A DNA stretch of 64,000 bases. Source: Eledone cirrhosa. Lineage: Eukaryota. A program made the translations under genes and the position numbers. The notes under the pieces are model-generated. The model searched no databases. It was not told the DNA's origin and worked only from the letters and a program-made list of their open reading frames with translations. Position 1 is the first letter of the stretch. Each line of letters begins with the position of its first letter. This document shows, piece after piece, positions 13,701 to 27,851 of this stretch. The stretch lies in contig OZ024740.1 of assembly GCA_964016885.1 (NCBI GenBank), forward strand, positions 6,200,001 through 6,264,000. The letters run 5' to 3'.

Positions 13701-16700
13701 GTATATATATGATTGTATAGTGTCCTTAGTAGAAATACTTCGCCAAAGAGATTTATACCAAAATATTCATAGAACTGGTATATATATAATTGTATAGCGT
13801 CCTTAGAAGTTCTTCACCAAAGAGATTTATACCAAAATATTCATAGAACTGATATATATATGATTGTATGTCCTTAGTAGAAATTCTTCACGAAAGATTT
13901 TATACCAAAATATTCATCGAACTGGTGTATATATGATTGTATAATGTCCTTAGTAGAAATTCTTCACCAAAGATTTTATACCAGAATATTCATAAAACTG
14001 GTATATTTATGATTGTATAGTGTCCTTGGTAGAAATACTTCACCAAAGAGATTTGTACCAAAATATTCATAGAACTGGTATATATATAATTGTATAGTGT
14101 CCTTAGAAGAAGTTCTTCACCACAGAGATTTATACCAAAATATTCATAGAACTGGTATATATATGATTGTATGTCCTTAGTAGAAATTCTTCACGAAAGA
14201 TTTGATACAAAAATATTCATAGAACTCGTATATATATGATTGTATAGTGTCCCTAGTAGAAATTCTTCACCAAAGAGAATTATACCAAAATATTCATAGA
14301 ACTGGTATATATATATGATTGTATAGTTTCCTTAGTAGAAATTCTTCACCAAAGAGATCTATACCAAAATATTCATAGAACTGGTATAAATATGATTGTA
14401 TAGTGTCCTTAGTAGAAATTCTTCACCAAAGAGATTTACACCAAAATATTCATAGAACTGGTATATATATGATTGTATGTCCTTAGTAGAAATCCTTCAC
14501 GAAAGATTTTATACCAAAATATTCATCGCACTGGTATATATATGATTATATCGTGTTCTTAGTAGAAACTGTTCACCAAAGAGATTTATACCAAAATATT
14601 CATAGAACTGGTATATATATGATTGTATAGTGTCCTCAGTAGAAATTCTTCACCAAAGAGATTTATACCAACATATTCATAGAACTGGTATACATATATG
14701 ATTGTATAGTGTCCTTAGTAGAAGTTCTTCACCAAAGACTTTAGACCAAAATATTCATAGAACTGGTATATATATGATTGTATAGTGTCCTTCGTTGAAA
14801 TTCTTAAGGAAAGAGATTTATACCAAAATATTCATAGAACTGGCATATATATGATGGTATAGTGTCCTTAGTAGAAATTCTTCTCCAAAGAGATTTATAC
14901 CCAAATATTCATAGAACTGTTATATATATGATTGTATAGTGTCCTTAGTAGAAATTCTTCACCAAAGATATTTATACCAAAATATTCATAGAACTGGTAT
15001 ATATATGATTATATAGTGTCCTTAGTAGAAATTCTTCACCAAAGACATTTATACCAAAATATTCATAGAACTGGTATACACATGATTGCATAGTGACCCC
15101 GGTAGAAATTCTTCACCAAAGAGATTTATACCAAAATATTCATAGAACTGGTATATATATGATTGTGTAGTGTCCTTTGTAGAAATTCTTCACCAAACAG
15201 ATTTATACCAAAATATTCATAGAACTGGTATACATATGATTGCATAGTGTCCCCGGTAGAAATTCTTCACCAAAGAGATTTATACCTCAATAGTCATAGA
15301 ACTGGTATATATATGATTGTATAGTGTCCTTAGTAGAAATTCTTCTCCAAAGAGATTTATACCCAAATATTCATAGAACTGGTATATATATGATTGTATA
15401 GTGTCCTTAGTAGAAATTCTTCTCCAAAGAGATTTATACTAAAATATTCATAGAACTGGTAAATATATGATTGTGTAGTGTCCTTAGTAGAAATACTTCA
15501 CCAAAGAGATGTATACCAAAATATTCATAGAACTGGTATATATATGAGTATATAGTGTCCTTAGTAGAAATTCTTCACCAAAGAGATTTATACCCAAATA
15601 TTCATAGAATTGGTATATATATTATTGTATAGTGTCCTTCGTAGAAATTCTTCACCAAAGTCTTTATACCAAAATATACATAGAACTGGTATATATATGA
15701 TTGTATAGTGTCCTTAGTAGAAATACTTCACCAAAGAGATTTATACCAAAATATTCATAGAACTGGTATATATATAATTGTATAGTGTCCTTAGAAGTTC
15801 TTCACCAAAGAGATTTATACCAAAATATTCATAGAACTGGTATATATATGATTGTATGTCCTTAGTAGAAATTCTTCAAGAAGATTTTATACCAAAATAT
15901 TCATAGAACTGGTATATATATGATTCTATAATGTCCTTAGTAGAAATTCTTCACCAAAGATTTTATACCAGAATATTCATAGAACCGGTATATTTATGAT
16001 TGTATAGTATCCTTAGTAGAAATACTTCACCAAAGAGATTTGTACCAAAATATTCATAGAATTGGTATATATATGATTGTATAATGTCCTTAGTGGAAAT
16101 TCTTCACCAAAGATTTTATACCAGAATATTCATAGAACTGGTATTTTTATGATTGTATAGTGTCCTTAGTAGAAATACTTCACCAAAGAGATGTATACCA
16201 AAATATTCATAGAACTGGTATATATATGATTGTATAGTGTCCTTAGTAGGAATTCTTCTCCAAAGAGATTTATACCCAAATATTCATGGAACTGTTATAT
16301 ATATGATTCTATAGGGTCCTTTGTAGAAATTCTTCACCAAAGAGATTTATACCATAATATTCTTAGAACTGGTATATATATGAGTATATAGTGTCCTTAG
16401 TAGAAATCCTTCACCAAAGAGATATATATCAAAATATTCCATAGAACTGGTATATATTTGATTATATACTGTCCTTAGTAGAAATTCTTCACCAAACAGA
16501 TTTATACCAAAATATTCATAGAACTGGTATACATATGATTGCATAGTGTCCCCGGTAGAAATTCTTCACCAAAGAGATTTATACCACAATAGTCATAGAA
16601 CTGTTATATATATGATTGTATAGTGTCCTTAGTAGAAATTCTTCTCCAAAGAGATTTATACCCAAATATTCATAGAACTGGTATATATATGATTGTATAG

Positions 16701-17989
16701 TGTCCTTAGTAGAAATTCTTCACCAAAGTCTTTATACCAAAATATACATAGAACTGGTATATATATGATTGTGTAGTGTCCCCGGTAGAAATACTTCACC
16801 AAAGAGATGTATACCAAAATATTCATAGAACTGGTATATATATGATTGTATAGTGTCCTTAGTAGGAATTCTTCTCCAAAGAGATTTATACCCAAATATT
16901 CATGGAACTGTTATATATATGATTCTATAGGGTCCTTTGTAGAAATTCTTCACCAAAGAGATTTATACCATAATATTCTTAGAACTGGTATATATATGAG
17001 TATATAGTGTCCTTAGTAGAAATTCTTCACCAAAGAGATATATATCAAAATATTCCATAGAACTGGTATATATTTGATTATATACTGTCCTTAGTAGAAA
17101 TTCTTCACCAAACAGATTTATACCAAAATATTCATAGAACTGGTATATATATGATTGTGTAGTGTCCCCGGTAGAAATTCTTCACCAAAGAGATTTATAC
17201 CAAAATATTCATAGAACTGTTATATATATGATTGTATAGTGTCCTTAGTAGAAATACTTCATCAAAGAGATGTATACCAAAATATTCATATAACTGATAT
17301 ATATATGATTATATAGTGTCCTTAGTAGAAATTCTTCTCCAAAGAGATTTATACTAAAATATTCATAGAACTGGTATATATATGATTGTGTAGTGTCCCC
17401 GGTAGAAATTCTTCACCAAAGAGATTTATACCAAAATATTCATAGAAGTGGTATATATATGATTGTATAGTGTCCTTAGTAGAAATTCTTCACCAAAGAA
17501 ATTTATACCCAAATATTCATAGAATTGGTATATATATGATTGTATAGTGTCCTTAGTAGAAATTCTTCACCAAAGTCTTTATACCAAAATATACATAGAA
17601 CTGGTATATATATGATTGTATAGTGTCGTTAGTAGAAATACTTCACCACAGAGATTTATACCAAAATATTCATAGAACTGGTATATATATAATTGTATAG
17701 TGTCCTTAGAAGTTCTTCACCAAAGAGATTTATACCAAAATATCCATAGAACTGGTATATATATGATTGTATGTCCTTAGTAGAAATTCTTCACGAAGAT
17801 TTTATACCAAAATATTCATAGAACTGGTATATATATGATTGTATAATGTCCTTTGTAGAAATTCTTCACCAAAGATTTTATACCAGAATATTCATAGAAC
17901 TGGTATATTTATGATTGTATAGTGTCCTTAGTAGAAATACTTCACCAAAGAGATTTGTACCAAAATATTCATAGAATTGGTATATATAT

Positions 17990-20900
17990 GATTGCATAGT
18001 GTCCTTAGTAGAAAATCTTCACCAAAGTCTTTATACCAAAATATACATAGAACTGGTATATATATGATTGTATAGTGTCCTTAGTAGAAATACTTCACCA
18101 AAGAGATTTATACCAAAATATTCATAGAACTGGTATATATATAATTGTATAGTGTCCTTAGAAGTTCTTCACCAAAGAGATTTATAGCAAAATATTCATA
18201 GAACTGGTATATATATGATTGTATGTCCTTAGTAGAAATTCTTCACGAAAGATTTTATACCAAAATATTCATAGAACTGGTATATATATAATTGTATAGT
18301 GTCCTCAGAAGTTCTTCACCAAAGAGATTTATAGCAAAATATTCATAGAACTGGTATATATATGATTGTATGTCCTTAGTAGAAATTCTTCACGAAAGAT
18401 TTTATACCAAAATATTCATAGAACTGGTATATATATGATTGTATAGTGTCCCTAGTAGAAATTCTTCACCAAAGAGATTTATACCCAAATATTCATAGAA
18501 TTTGTATATATATGATTGTATAGTGTCGTTAGTAGAAATTCTTCACCAAAGTCTTTATACCAAAATATACATAGAACTGGTATATATATATGATTGTATA
18601 GTGTCCTTAGTAGAAATACTTCACCAAAGAGATTTATACCAAAATATTCATAGAACTGGTATATATATATAATTGTATAGTGTCCTTAGAAGTTCTTCAC
18701 CAAAGAGATGTATACCAAAATATTCATAGAACTGGTATATATATGATTGTATAGAGTCCTTTGTAGACATTTTTCACGAAAGATGTTATACCAAAATATT
18801 CATAGAACTGGTATATATATGATTGTATAATGTCCTTAGTAGAAATTCTTCACCAAAGATTTTATACCAGAATATTCATAGAACTGGTATTTTTATGATT
18901 GTATAGTGTCCTTAGAAGAAGTTCTTCACGAAAGATTTTATACAAAAATATTCATAGAACTGGTATATATATGATTGTATAGTGTTCTTCGTAGAAATTC
19001 TTAAGGAAAGAGATTTATACCAAAATATTCATAGAACTGGTATATATATGATTGTGTAGTGTCCTTAGTAGAAATACTTCACCAAAGAGATGTATTCCAA
19101 AATATTCATAGAACTGGTTTATATATGATTATATAGTGTCCTTAGTAGAAATTCTTCACCAAACAGATTTATACCAAAATATTCATAGAACTGGTATACA
19201 TATGATTGCATAGTGTCCCCGGTAGAAATTCTTCACCAAAGAGATTTATACCACAATAGTCATAGAACTGGTATATATATGATTGTATAGTGTCCTTAGT
19301 AGAAATTCTTCTCCAAAGAGATTTATACCAAAATATTTATAGAACTGGTATATATATGATTGTATAATGTCCTTAGTAGAAATTCTTCTCCAAAGAGATT
19401 TATGCTAAAATATTCATAGAACTGGTATATATATGATTGTGTAGTGTCCTTAGTAGAAATACTTAACCAAGGAGATGTATACCAAAATATTCATAGAACT
19501 GGTATATATATGATTATATAGTGTCCTTAGTAGAAATTCTTCTCCAAAGAGATTTATCCCCAAATATTCATGGAACTGTTATATATATGATTCTATAGGG
19601 TCCTTAGTAGAAATTCTTCACCAAAGAGATTTATACCAAAATATTCATGGAACTGGTATATATATGATTATATAGTGTCCTTAGTAGAAATTCTTCAGCA
19701 AACAGATTGATACCAAAATATTCATAGAACTGGTATACATATGATTGCATAGTGTCCCCGGTAGAAATTCTTCACCAAAGAGATTTATACCACAATAGTC
19801 ATAGAACTGGTATATATATGATTGTATAGTGACCTTAGTAGAAATTTTTCACCAAAGAGATTTATACCAAAATATCCATAGAATTGGTATATATATGATT
19901 GTATAGTGTCCTTAGTAGAAATTCTTCACCAAAGACTTTATACCAAAATATACATAGAACTGGTATATATATGATTGTATAGTGTCCTTAGTTGAAGTTC
20001 TTCACCAAAGTCTTTATACCAAAATATACATAGAACGGGTATATATATGATTGTATAGTGTCCTTAGTAGAAATACTTCAACAAAGAGATTTATACCAAA
20101 ATATTCATAGAACTGGTATATATATAATTGTATAGTGTCCTTAGAAGTTCTTCACCAAAGAGATTTATAGCAAAATATTCATAGAACTGGTATATATATG
20201 ATTGTATGTCCTTAGTAGAAATTCTTCACGAAAGATTTTATACCAAAATATTCATAGAACTGGTATATATATAATTGTATAGTGTCCTCAGAAGTTCTTC
20301 ACCAAAGAGATTTATAGCAAAATATTCATAGAACTGGTATATATATGATTGTATGTCCTTAGTAGAAATTCTTCACGAAAGATTTTATACCAAAATATTC
20401 ATAGAACTGGTATATATATGATTGTATAGTGTCCCTAGTAGAAATTCTTCACCAAAGAGATTTATACCCAAATATTCATAGAATTTGTATATATATGATT
20501 GTATAGTGTCGTTAGTAGAAATTCTTCACCAAAGTCTTTATACCAAAATATACATAGTGCTGGTATATATATATGATTGTATAGTGTCCTTAGTAGAAAT
20601 ACTTCACCAAAGAGATTTATACCAAAATATTCATAGAACTGGTATATATATATAATTGTATAGTGTCCTTAGAAGTTCTTCACCAAAGAGATGTATACCA
20701 AAATATTCATAGAACTGGTATATATATGATTGTATAGAGTCCTTAGTAGACATTTTTCACGAAAGATGTTATACCAAAATATTCATAGAACTGGTATATA
20801 TATGATTGTATAATGTCCTTAGTAGAAATTCTTCACCAAAGATTTTATACCAGAATATTCATAGAACTGGTATTTTTATGATTGTATAGTGTCCTTAGAA

Positions 20901-23900
20901 GAAGTTCTTCACCAAAGAGATTTATACCAAAATATTCATAGAACTGGTATATATATGATTGTATGTCCGTAGTAGAAATTCTTCACGAAAGATTTTATAC
21001 AAAAATATTCATAGAACTGGTATATATATGATTGTATAGTGTTCTTCGTAGAAATTCTTAAGGAAAGAGATTTATACCAAAATATTCATAGAACTGGTAT
21101 ATATATGATTGTGTAGTGTCCTTAGTAGAAATACTTCACCAAAGAGATGTATTCCAAAATATTCATAGAACTGGTTTATATATGATTATATAGTGTCCTT
21201 AGTGGAAATTCTTCACCAAACAGATTTATACCAAAATATTCATAGAACTGGTATACATATGATTGCATAGTGTCCCCGGTAGAAATTCTTCACCAAAGAG
21301 ATTTATACCACAATAGTCATAGAACTGGTATATATATGATTGTATAGTGTCCTTAGTAGAAATTCTTCTCCAAAGAGATTTATACCAAAATATTTATAGA
21401 ACTGGTATATATATGATTGTATAATGTCCTTAGTAGAAATTCTTCTCCAAAGAGATTTATGCTAAAATATTCATAGAACTGGTATATATATGATTGTGTA
21501 GTGTCCTTAGTAGAAATACTTAACCAAGGAGATGTATACCAAAATATTCATAGAACTGGTATATATATGATTATATAGTGTCCTTAGTAGAAATTCTTCT
21601 CCAAAGAGATTTATCCCCAAATATTCATGGAACTGTTATATATATGATTCTATAGGGTCCTTAGTAGAAATTCTTCACCAAAGAGATTTATACCAAAATA
21701 TTCATGGAACTGGTATATATATGATTATATAGTGTCCTTAGTAGAAATTCTTCAGCAAACAGATTGATACCAAAATATTCATAGAACTGGTATACATATG
21801 ATTGCATAGTGTCCCCGGTAGAAATTCTTCACCAAAGAGATTTATACCACAATAGTCATAGAACTGGTATATATATGATTGTATAGTGACCTTAGTAGAA
21901 ATTTTTCACCAAAGAGATTTATACCAAAATATCCATAGAATTGGTATATATATGATTGTATAGTGTCCTTAGTAGAAATTCTTCACCAAAGACTTTATAC
22001 CAAAATATACATAGAACTGGTATATATATGATTGTATAGTGTCCTTAGTTGAAGTTCTTCACCAAAGTCTTTATACCAAAATATACATAGAACTGGTATA
22101 TATATGATTGTATAGTGTCCTTAGTAGAAATACTTCAACAAAGAGATTTATACCAAAATATTCATAGAACTGGTATATATATAATTGTATAGTGTCCTTA
22201 GAAGTTCTTCACCAAAGAGATTTATAGCAAAATATTCATAGAACTGGTATATATATGATTGTATGTCCTTAGTAGAAATTCTTCACGAAAGATTTTATAC
22301 CAAAATATTCATAGAACTGGTATATATATAATTGTATAGTGTCCTCAGAAGTTCTTCACCAAAGAGATTTATAGCAAAATATTCATAGAACTGGTATATA
22401 TATGATTGTATGTCCTTAGTAGAAATTCTTCACGAAAGATTTTATACCAAAATATTCATAGAACTGGTATATATATGATTGTATAGTGTCCCTAGTAGAA
22501 ATTCTTCACCAAAGAGATTTATACCCAAATATTCATAGAATTTGTATATATATGATTGTATAGTGTCGTTAGTAGAAATTCTTCACCAAAGTCTTTATAC
22601 CAAAATATACATAGAACTGGTATATATATATGATTGTATAGTGTCCTTAGTAGAAATACTTCACCAAAGAGATTTATACCAAAATATTCATAGAACTGGT
22701 ATATATATATAATTGTATAGTGTCCTTAGAAGTTCTTCACCAAAGAGATGTATACCAAAATATTCATAGAACTGGTATATATATGATTGTATAGAGTCCT
22801 TAGTAGACATTTTTCACGAAAGATGTTATACCAAAATATTCATAGAACTGGTATATATATGATTGTATAATGTCCTTAGTAGAAATTCTTCACCAAAGAT
22901 TTTATACCAGAATATTCATAGAACTGGTATTTTTATGATTGTATAGTGTCCTTAGAAGAAGTTCTTCACCAAAGAGATTTATACCAAAATATTCATAGAA
23001 CTGGTATATATATGATTGTATGTCCGTAGTAGAAATTCTTCACGAAAGATTTTATACAAAAATATTCATAGAACTGGTATATATATGATTGTATAGTGTT
23101 CTTCGTAGAAATTCTTAAGGAAAGAGATTTATACCAAAATATTCATAGAACTGGTATATATATGATTGTGTAGTGTCCTTAGTAGAAATACTTCACCAAA
23201 GAGATGTATTCCAAAATATTCATAGAACTGGTTTATATATGATTATATAGTGTCCTTAGTAGAAATTCTTCACCAAACAGATTTATACCAAAATATTCAT
23301 AGAACTGGTATACATATGATTGCATAGTGTCCCCGGTAGAAATTCTTCACCAAAGAGATTTATACCACAATAGTCATAGAACTGGTATATATATGATTGT
23401 ATAGTGTCCTTAGTAGAAATTCTTCTCCAAAGAGATTTATACCAAAATATTTATAGAACTGGTATATATATGATTGTATAATGTCCTTAGTAGAAATTCT
23501 TCTCCAAAGAGATTTATGCTAAAATATTCATAGAACTGGTATATATATGATTGTGTAGTGTCCTTAGTAGAAATACTTAACCAAGGAGATGTATACCAAA
23601 ATATTCATAGAACTGGTATATATATGATTATATAGTGTCCTTAGTAGAAATTCTTCTCCAAAGAGATTTATCCCCAAATATTCATGGAACTGTTATATAT
23701 ATGATTCTATAGGGTCCTTAGTAGAAATTCTTCACCAAAGAGATTTATACCAAAATATTCATGGAACTGGTATATATATGATTATATAGTGTCCTTAGTA
23801 GAAATTCTTCAGCAAACAGATTGATACCAAAATATTCATAGAACTGGTATACATATGATTGCATAGTGTCCCCGGTAGAAATTCTTCACCAAAGAGATTT

Positions 23901-24320
23901 ATACCACAATAGTCATAGAACTGGTATATATATGATTGTATAGTGACCTTAGTAGAAATTTTTCACCAAAGAGATTTATACCAAAATATCCATAGAATTG
24001 GTATATATATGATTGTATAGTGTCCTTAGTAGAAATTCTTCACCAAAGACTTTATACCAAAATATACATAGAACTGGTATATATATGATTGTATAGTGTC
24101 CTTAGTTGAAGTTCTTCACCAAAGTCTTTATACCAAAATATACATAGAACTGGTATATATATGATTGTATAGTGTCCTTAGTAGAAATACTTCAACAAAG
24201 AGATTTATACCAAAATATTCATAGAACTGGTATATATATAATTGTATAGAGTCCTTAGAAGTTCTTCACCAAAGAGATTTATACCAAAATATTCATAGAA
24301 CTGGTATATATATGATTGTA
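17990..24320. repeat. Higher-order repeat, about 27 monomers (2057 bp), about 3 copies
   Basis: Marker ttaaccaaGGagatgt at 19471, 21528 and 23585 (spacing 2057, 2057). Marker gtagaCatttttcacg at 18768, 20751 and 22808 (1983, 2057; the first copy is one monomer shorter). Boundaries are approximate. Confidence 0.88.
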
Positions 24321-27300
24321 TGCCCTTAGTAGAAATTCTTCACCAAAGTCTTTATACCAAAATATACATAGAACTGGTATATATATGATTGTATATTTTC
24401 CCTAGTAGAAATTCTTCACCAAAGAGAATTATACCAAAATATTCATAAAACTGGTATATATATGATTGTATAGTGTCCTTATTAGAAATTCTTCTCCAAA
24501 GAGATTTATACTAAAATATTCATCGAACTGGTATATATATGATTGTGTAGTGTCCTTAGTAGAAATACTTCACCAAAGAGATTTATACCCAAATATTCAT
24601 AGAACTGGTATATATATATGATTGTATAGTGTCCTTAGTAGAAATACTTCACCAAAGAGATTTATACCAAAATATACATAGAACTGGTATATATATAATT
24701 GTATAGTGTCCTTAGAAGAAGTTCTTCAGCAAAGAGATTTATACCAAAATATTCATAGAACTGGTATATATATAATTGTATGTCCTTAGTAGAAATTCTT
24801 CACGAAAGATTTTATACCAAAATATTCATAGAACTGGTATACATATATGATTGTATATTGTCCCTAGTAGAAGTACTTCACCAAAGAGATTTATACCAAA
24901 ATATTCATAGAACTGGTATATATATGATTGTATAGTGTCCTTCGTAGTAATTCTTAGGCAAAGAGATTTCTACCAAAATATTCATAGAACTGTTATAGAT
25001 ATATGATTGTATAGTGTCCTTAGTAGAAATTCTTCTCCAAAGAGATTTATACTAAAACATTCATAGTACTGGTATATATATGATTGTGTAGTTTCCTTAG
25101 TAGAAATACTTCACCAAAGAGATGTATACCAAAATATTCATAGAACTGGTATATATATGATTGTATAGTGTCCTTAGTAGAAATACTTCACCAAAGAGAT
25201 TTATACCAAAATATTCATAGAATTGGTATATATATGATAATATAGTGTCCTTAGTAGAGACTCGTCACCAAAGAGATTTATACCAAAGTATTCATAGTAC
25301 TGGTATATATATGATTGTATAGTGTCCTTAATAGAAATACTTCACCAAAGAGATTTATACCAAAATATTCATGGAACTGTTATATATATGATTCTATAGG
25401 GTCCTTAGTAGAAATTCTTCACCAAAGAGATTTATACCAAAATATTCATAGAACTGGTATATATATGAGTATATAGTGTTCTTAGTAGAAATTCTTCACC
25501 AAAGAGATTTATACCAAAATATTCATAGAACTGGTATACATATGATTGCATAGTGTCCCCGCTAGAAATTCTTCACCAAAGAGATTTATACCACAATAGT
25601 CATAGAACTGGTATATATATGATTGTATAGTGTCCTTAGTAGAAATTCTTCTCCAAAGAGATTTATACCAAAATATTTATAGAACTGGTATATATATGAT
25701 TGTATAATGTCCTTAGTAGAAATTCTTCTCCAAAGAGATTTATGCTAAAATATTCATAGAACTGGTATATATATGATTGTGTAGTGTCCTTAGTAGAAAT
25801 ACTTAACCAAGGAGATGTATACCAAAATATTCATAGAACTGGTATATATATGATTATATAGTGTCCTTAGTAGAAATTCTTCTCCAAAGAGATTTATCCC
25901 CAAATATTCATGGAACTGTTATATATATGATTCTATAGGGTCCTTAGTAGAAATTCTTCACCAAAGAGATTTATACCAAAATATTCATGGAACTGGTATA
26001 TATATGATTATATAGTGTCCTTAGTAGAAATTCTTCAGCAAACAGATTGATACCAAAATATTCATAGAACTGGTATACATATGATTGCATAGTGTCCCCG
26101 GTAGAAATTCTTCACCAAAGAGATTTATACCACAATAGTCATAGAACTGGTATATATATGATTGTATAGTGACCTTAGTAGAAATTTTTCACCAAAGAGA
26201 TTTATACCAAAATATCCATAGAATTGGTATATATATGATTGTATAGTGTCCTTAGTAGAAATTCTTCACCAAAGACTTTATACCAAAATATACATAGAAC
26301 TGGTATATATATGATTGTATAGTGTCCTTAGTTGAAGTTCTTCACCAAAGTCTTTATACCAAAATATACATAGAACTGGTATATATATGATTGTATAGTG
26401 TCCTTAGTAGAAATACTTCAACAAAGAGATTTATACCAAAATATTCATAGAACTGGTATATATATAATTGTATAGAGTCCTTAGAAGTTCTTCACCAAAG
26501 AGATTTATACCAAAATATTCATAGAACTGGTATATATATGATTGTATAGTGTCCTTAGTAGAAATACTTCATATATATGATTGTATGCCCTTAGTAGAAA
26601 TTCTTCACCAAAGTCTTTATACCAAAATATACATAGAACTGGTATATATATGATTGTATATTTTCCCTAGTAGAAATTCTTCACCAAAGAGAATTATACC
26701 AAAATATTCATAAAACTGGTATATATATGATTGTATAGTGTCCTTATTAGAAATTCTTCTCCAAAGAGATTTATACTAAAATATTCATCGAACTGGTATA
26801 TATATGATTGTGTAGTGTCCTTAGTAGAAATACTTCACCAAAGAGATTTATACCCAAATATTCATAGAACTGGTATATATATGATTGTATAGTGTCCTTA
26901 GTAGAAATACTTCACCAAAGAGATTTATACCAAAATATTCATAGAACTGGTATATATATAATTGTATAGTGTCCTTAGAAGAAGTTCTTCACCAAAGAGA
27001 TTTATACCAAAATATTCATAGAACTGGTATATATATGATTGTATGTCCTTAGTAGAAATTCTTCACGAAAGATTTTATACCAAAATATTCATAGAACTGG
27101 TATACATATATGATTGTATATTGTCCCTAGTAGAAGTACTTCACCAAAGAGATTTATACCAAAATATTCATAGAACTGGTATATATATGATTGTATAGTG
27201 TCCTTCGTAGTAATTCTTAGGCAAAGAGATTTCTACCAAAATATTCATAGAACTGTTATAGATATATGATTGTATAGTGTCCTTAGTAGAAATTCTTCTC

Positions 27301-27850
27301 CAAAGAGATTTATACTAAAACATTCATAGTACTGGTATATATATGATTGTGTAGTTTCCTTAGTAGAAATACTTCACCAAAGAGATGTATACCAAAATAT
27401 TCATAGAACTGGTATATATATGATTGTATAGTGTCCTTAGTAGAAATACTTCACCAAAGAGATTTATACCAAAATATTCATAGAATTGGTATATATATGA
27501 TAATATAGTGTCCTTAGTAGAGACTCGTCACCAAAGAGATTTATACCAAAGTATTCATAGTACTGGTATATATATGATTGTATAGTGTCCTTAATAGAAA
27601 TACTTCACCAAAGAGATTTATACCAAAATATTCATGGAACTGTTATATATATGATTCTATAGGGTCCTTAGTAGAAATTCTTCACCAAAGAGATTTATAC
27701 CAAAATATTCATAGAACTGGTATATATATGAGTATATAGTGTTCTTAGTAGAAAATCTTCACCAAAGAGATTTATACCAAAATATTCATAGAACTGGTAT
27801 ACATATGATTGCATAGTGTCCCCGCTAGAAATTCTTCACCAAAGAGATTT
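23250..27850. repeat. Tandem duplication of about 29 monomers (2226-2263 bp)
   Basis: GGagatgt at 23585 and 25811 (2226). gagaCtcgtcacc at 25261 and 27524 (2263, including a 39-bp half-monomer in copy 2). Boundaries are approximate. Confidence 0.82.
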
Positions 27851-27851
27851 A

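Noticed and set aside
16347-16544. 65-aa minus-strand ORF
   Set aside because: It is a translation of satellite monomers (repeating INLFGEEFLLRT-like text). A chance open frame with no gene context.
16656-16895. 79-aa minus-strand ORF
   Set aside because: Also a satellite translation, with a non-ATG start (minus-strand TTG). The 77-bp period is not a multiple of 3, which argues against a coding repeat.
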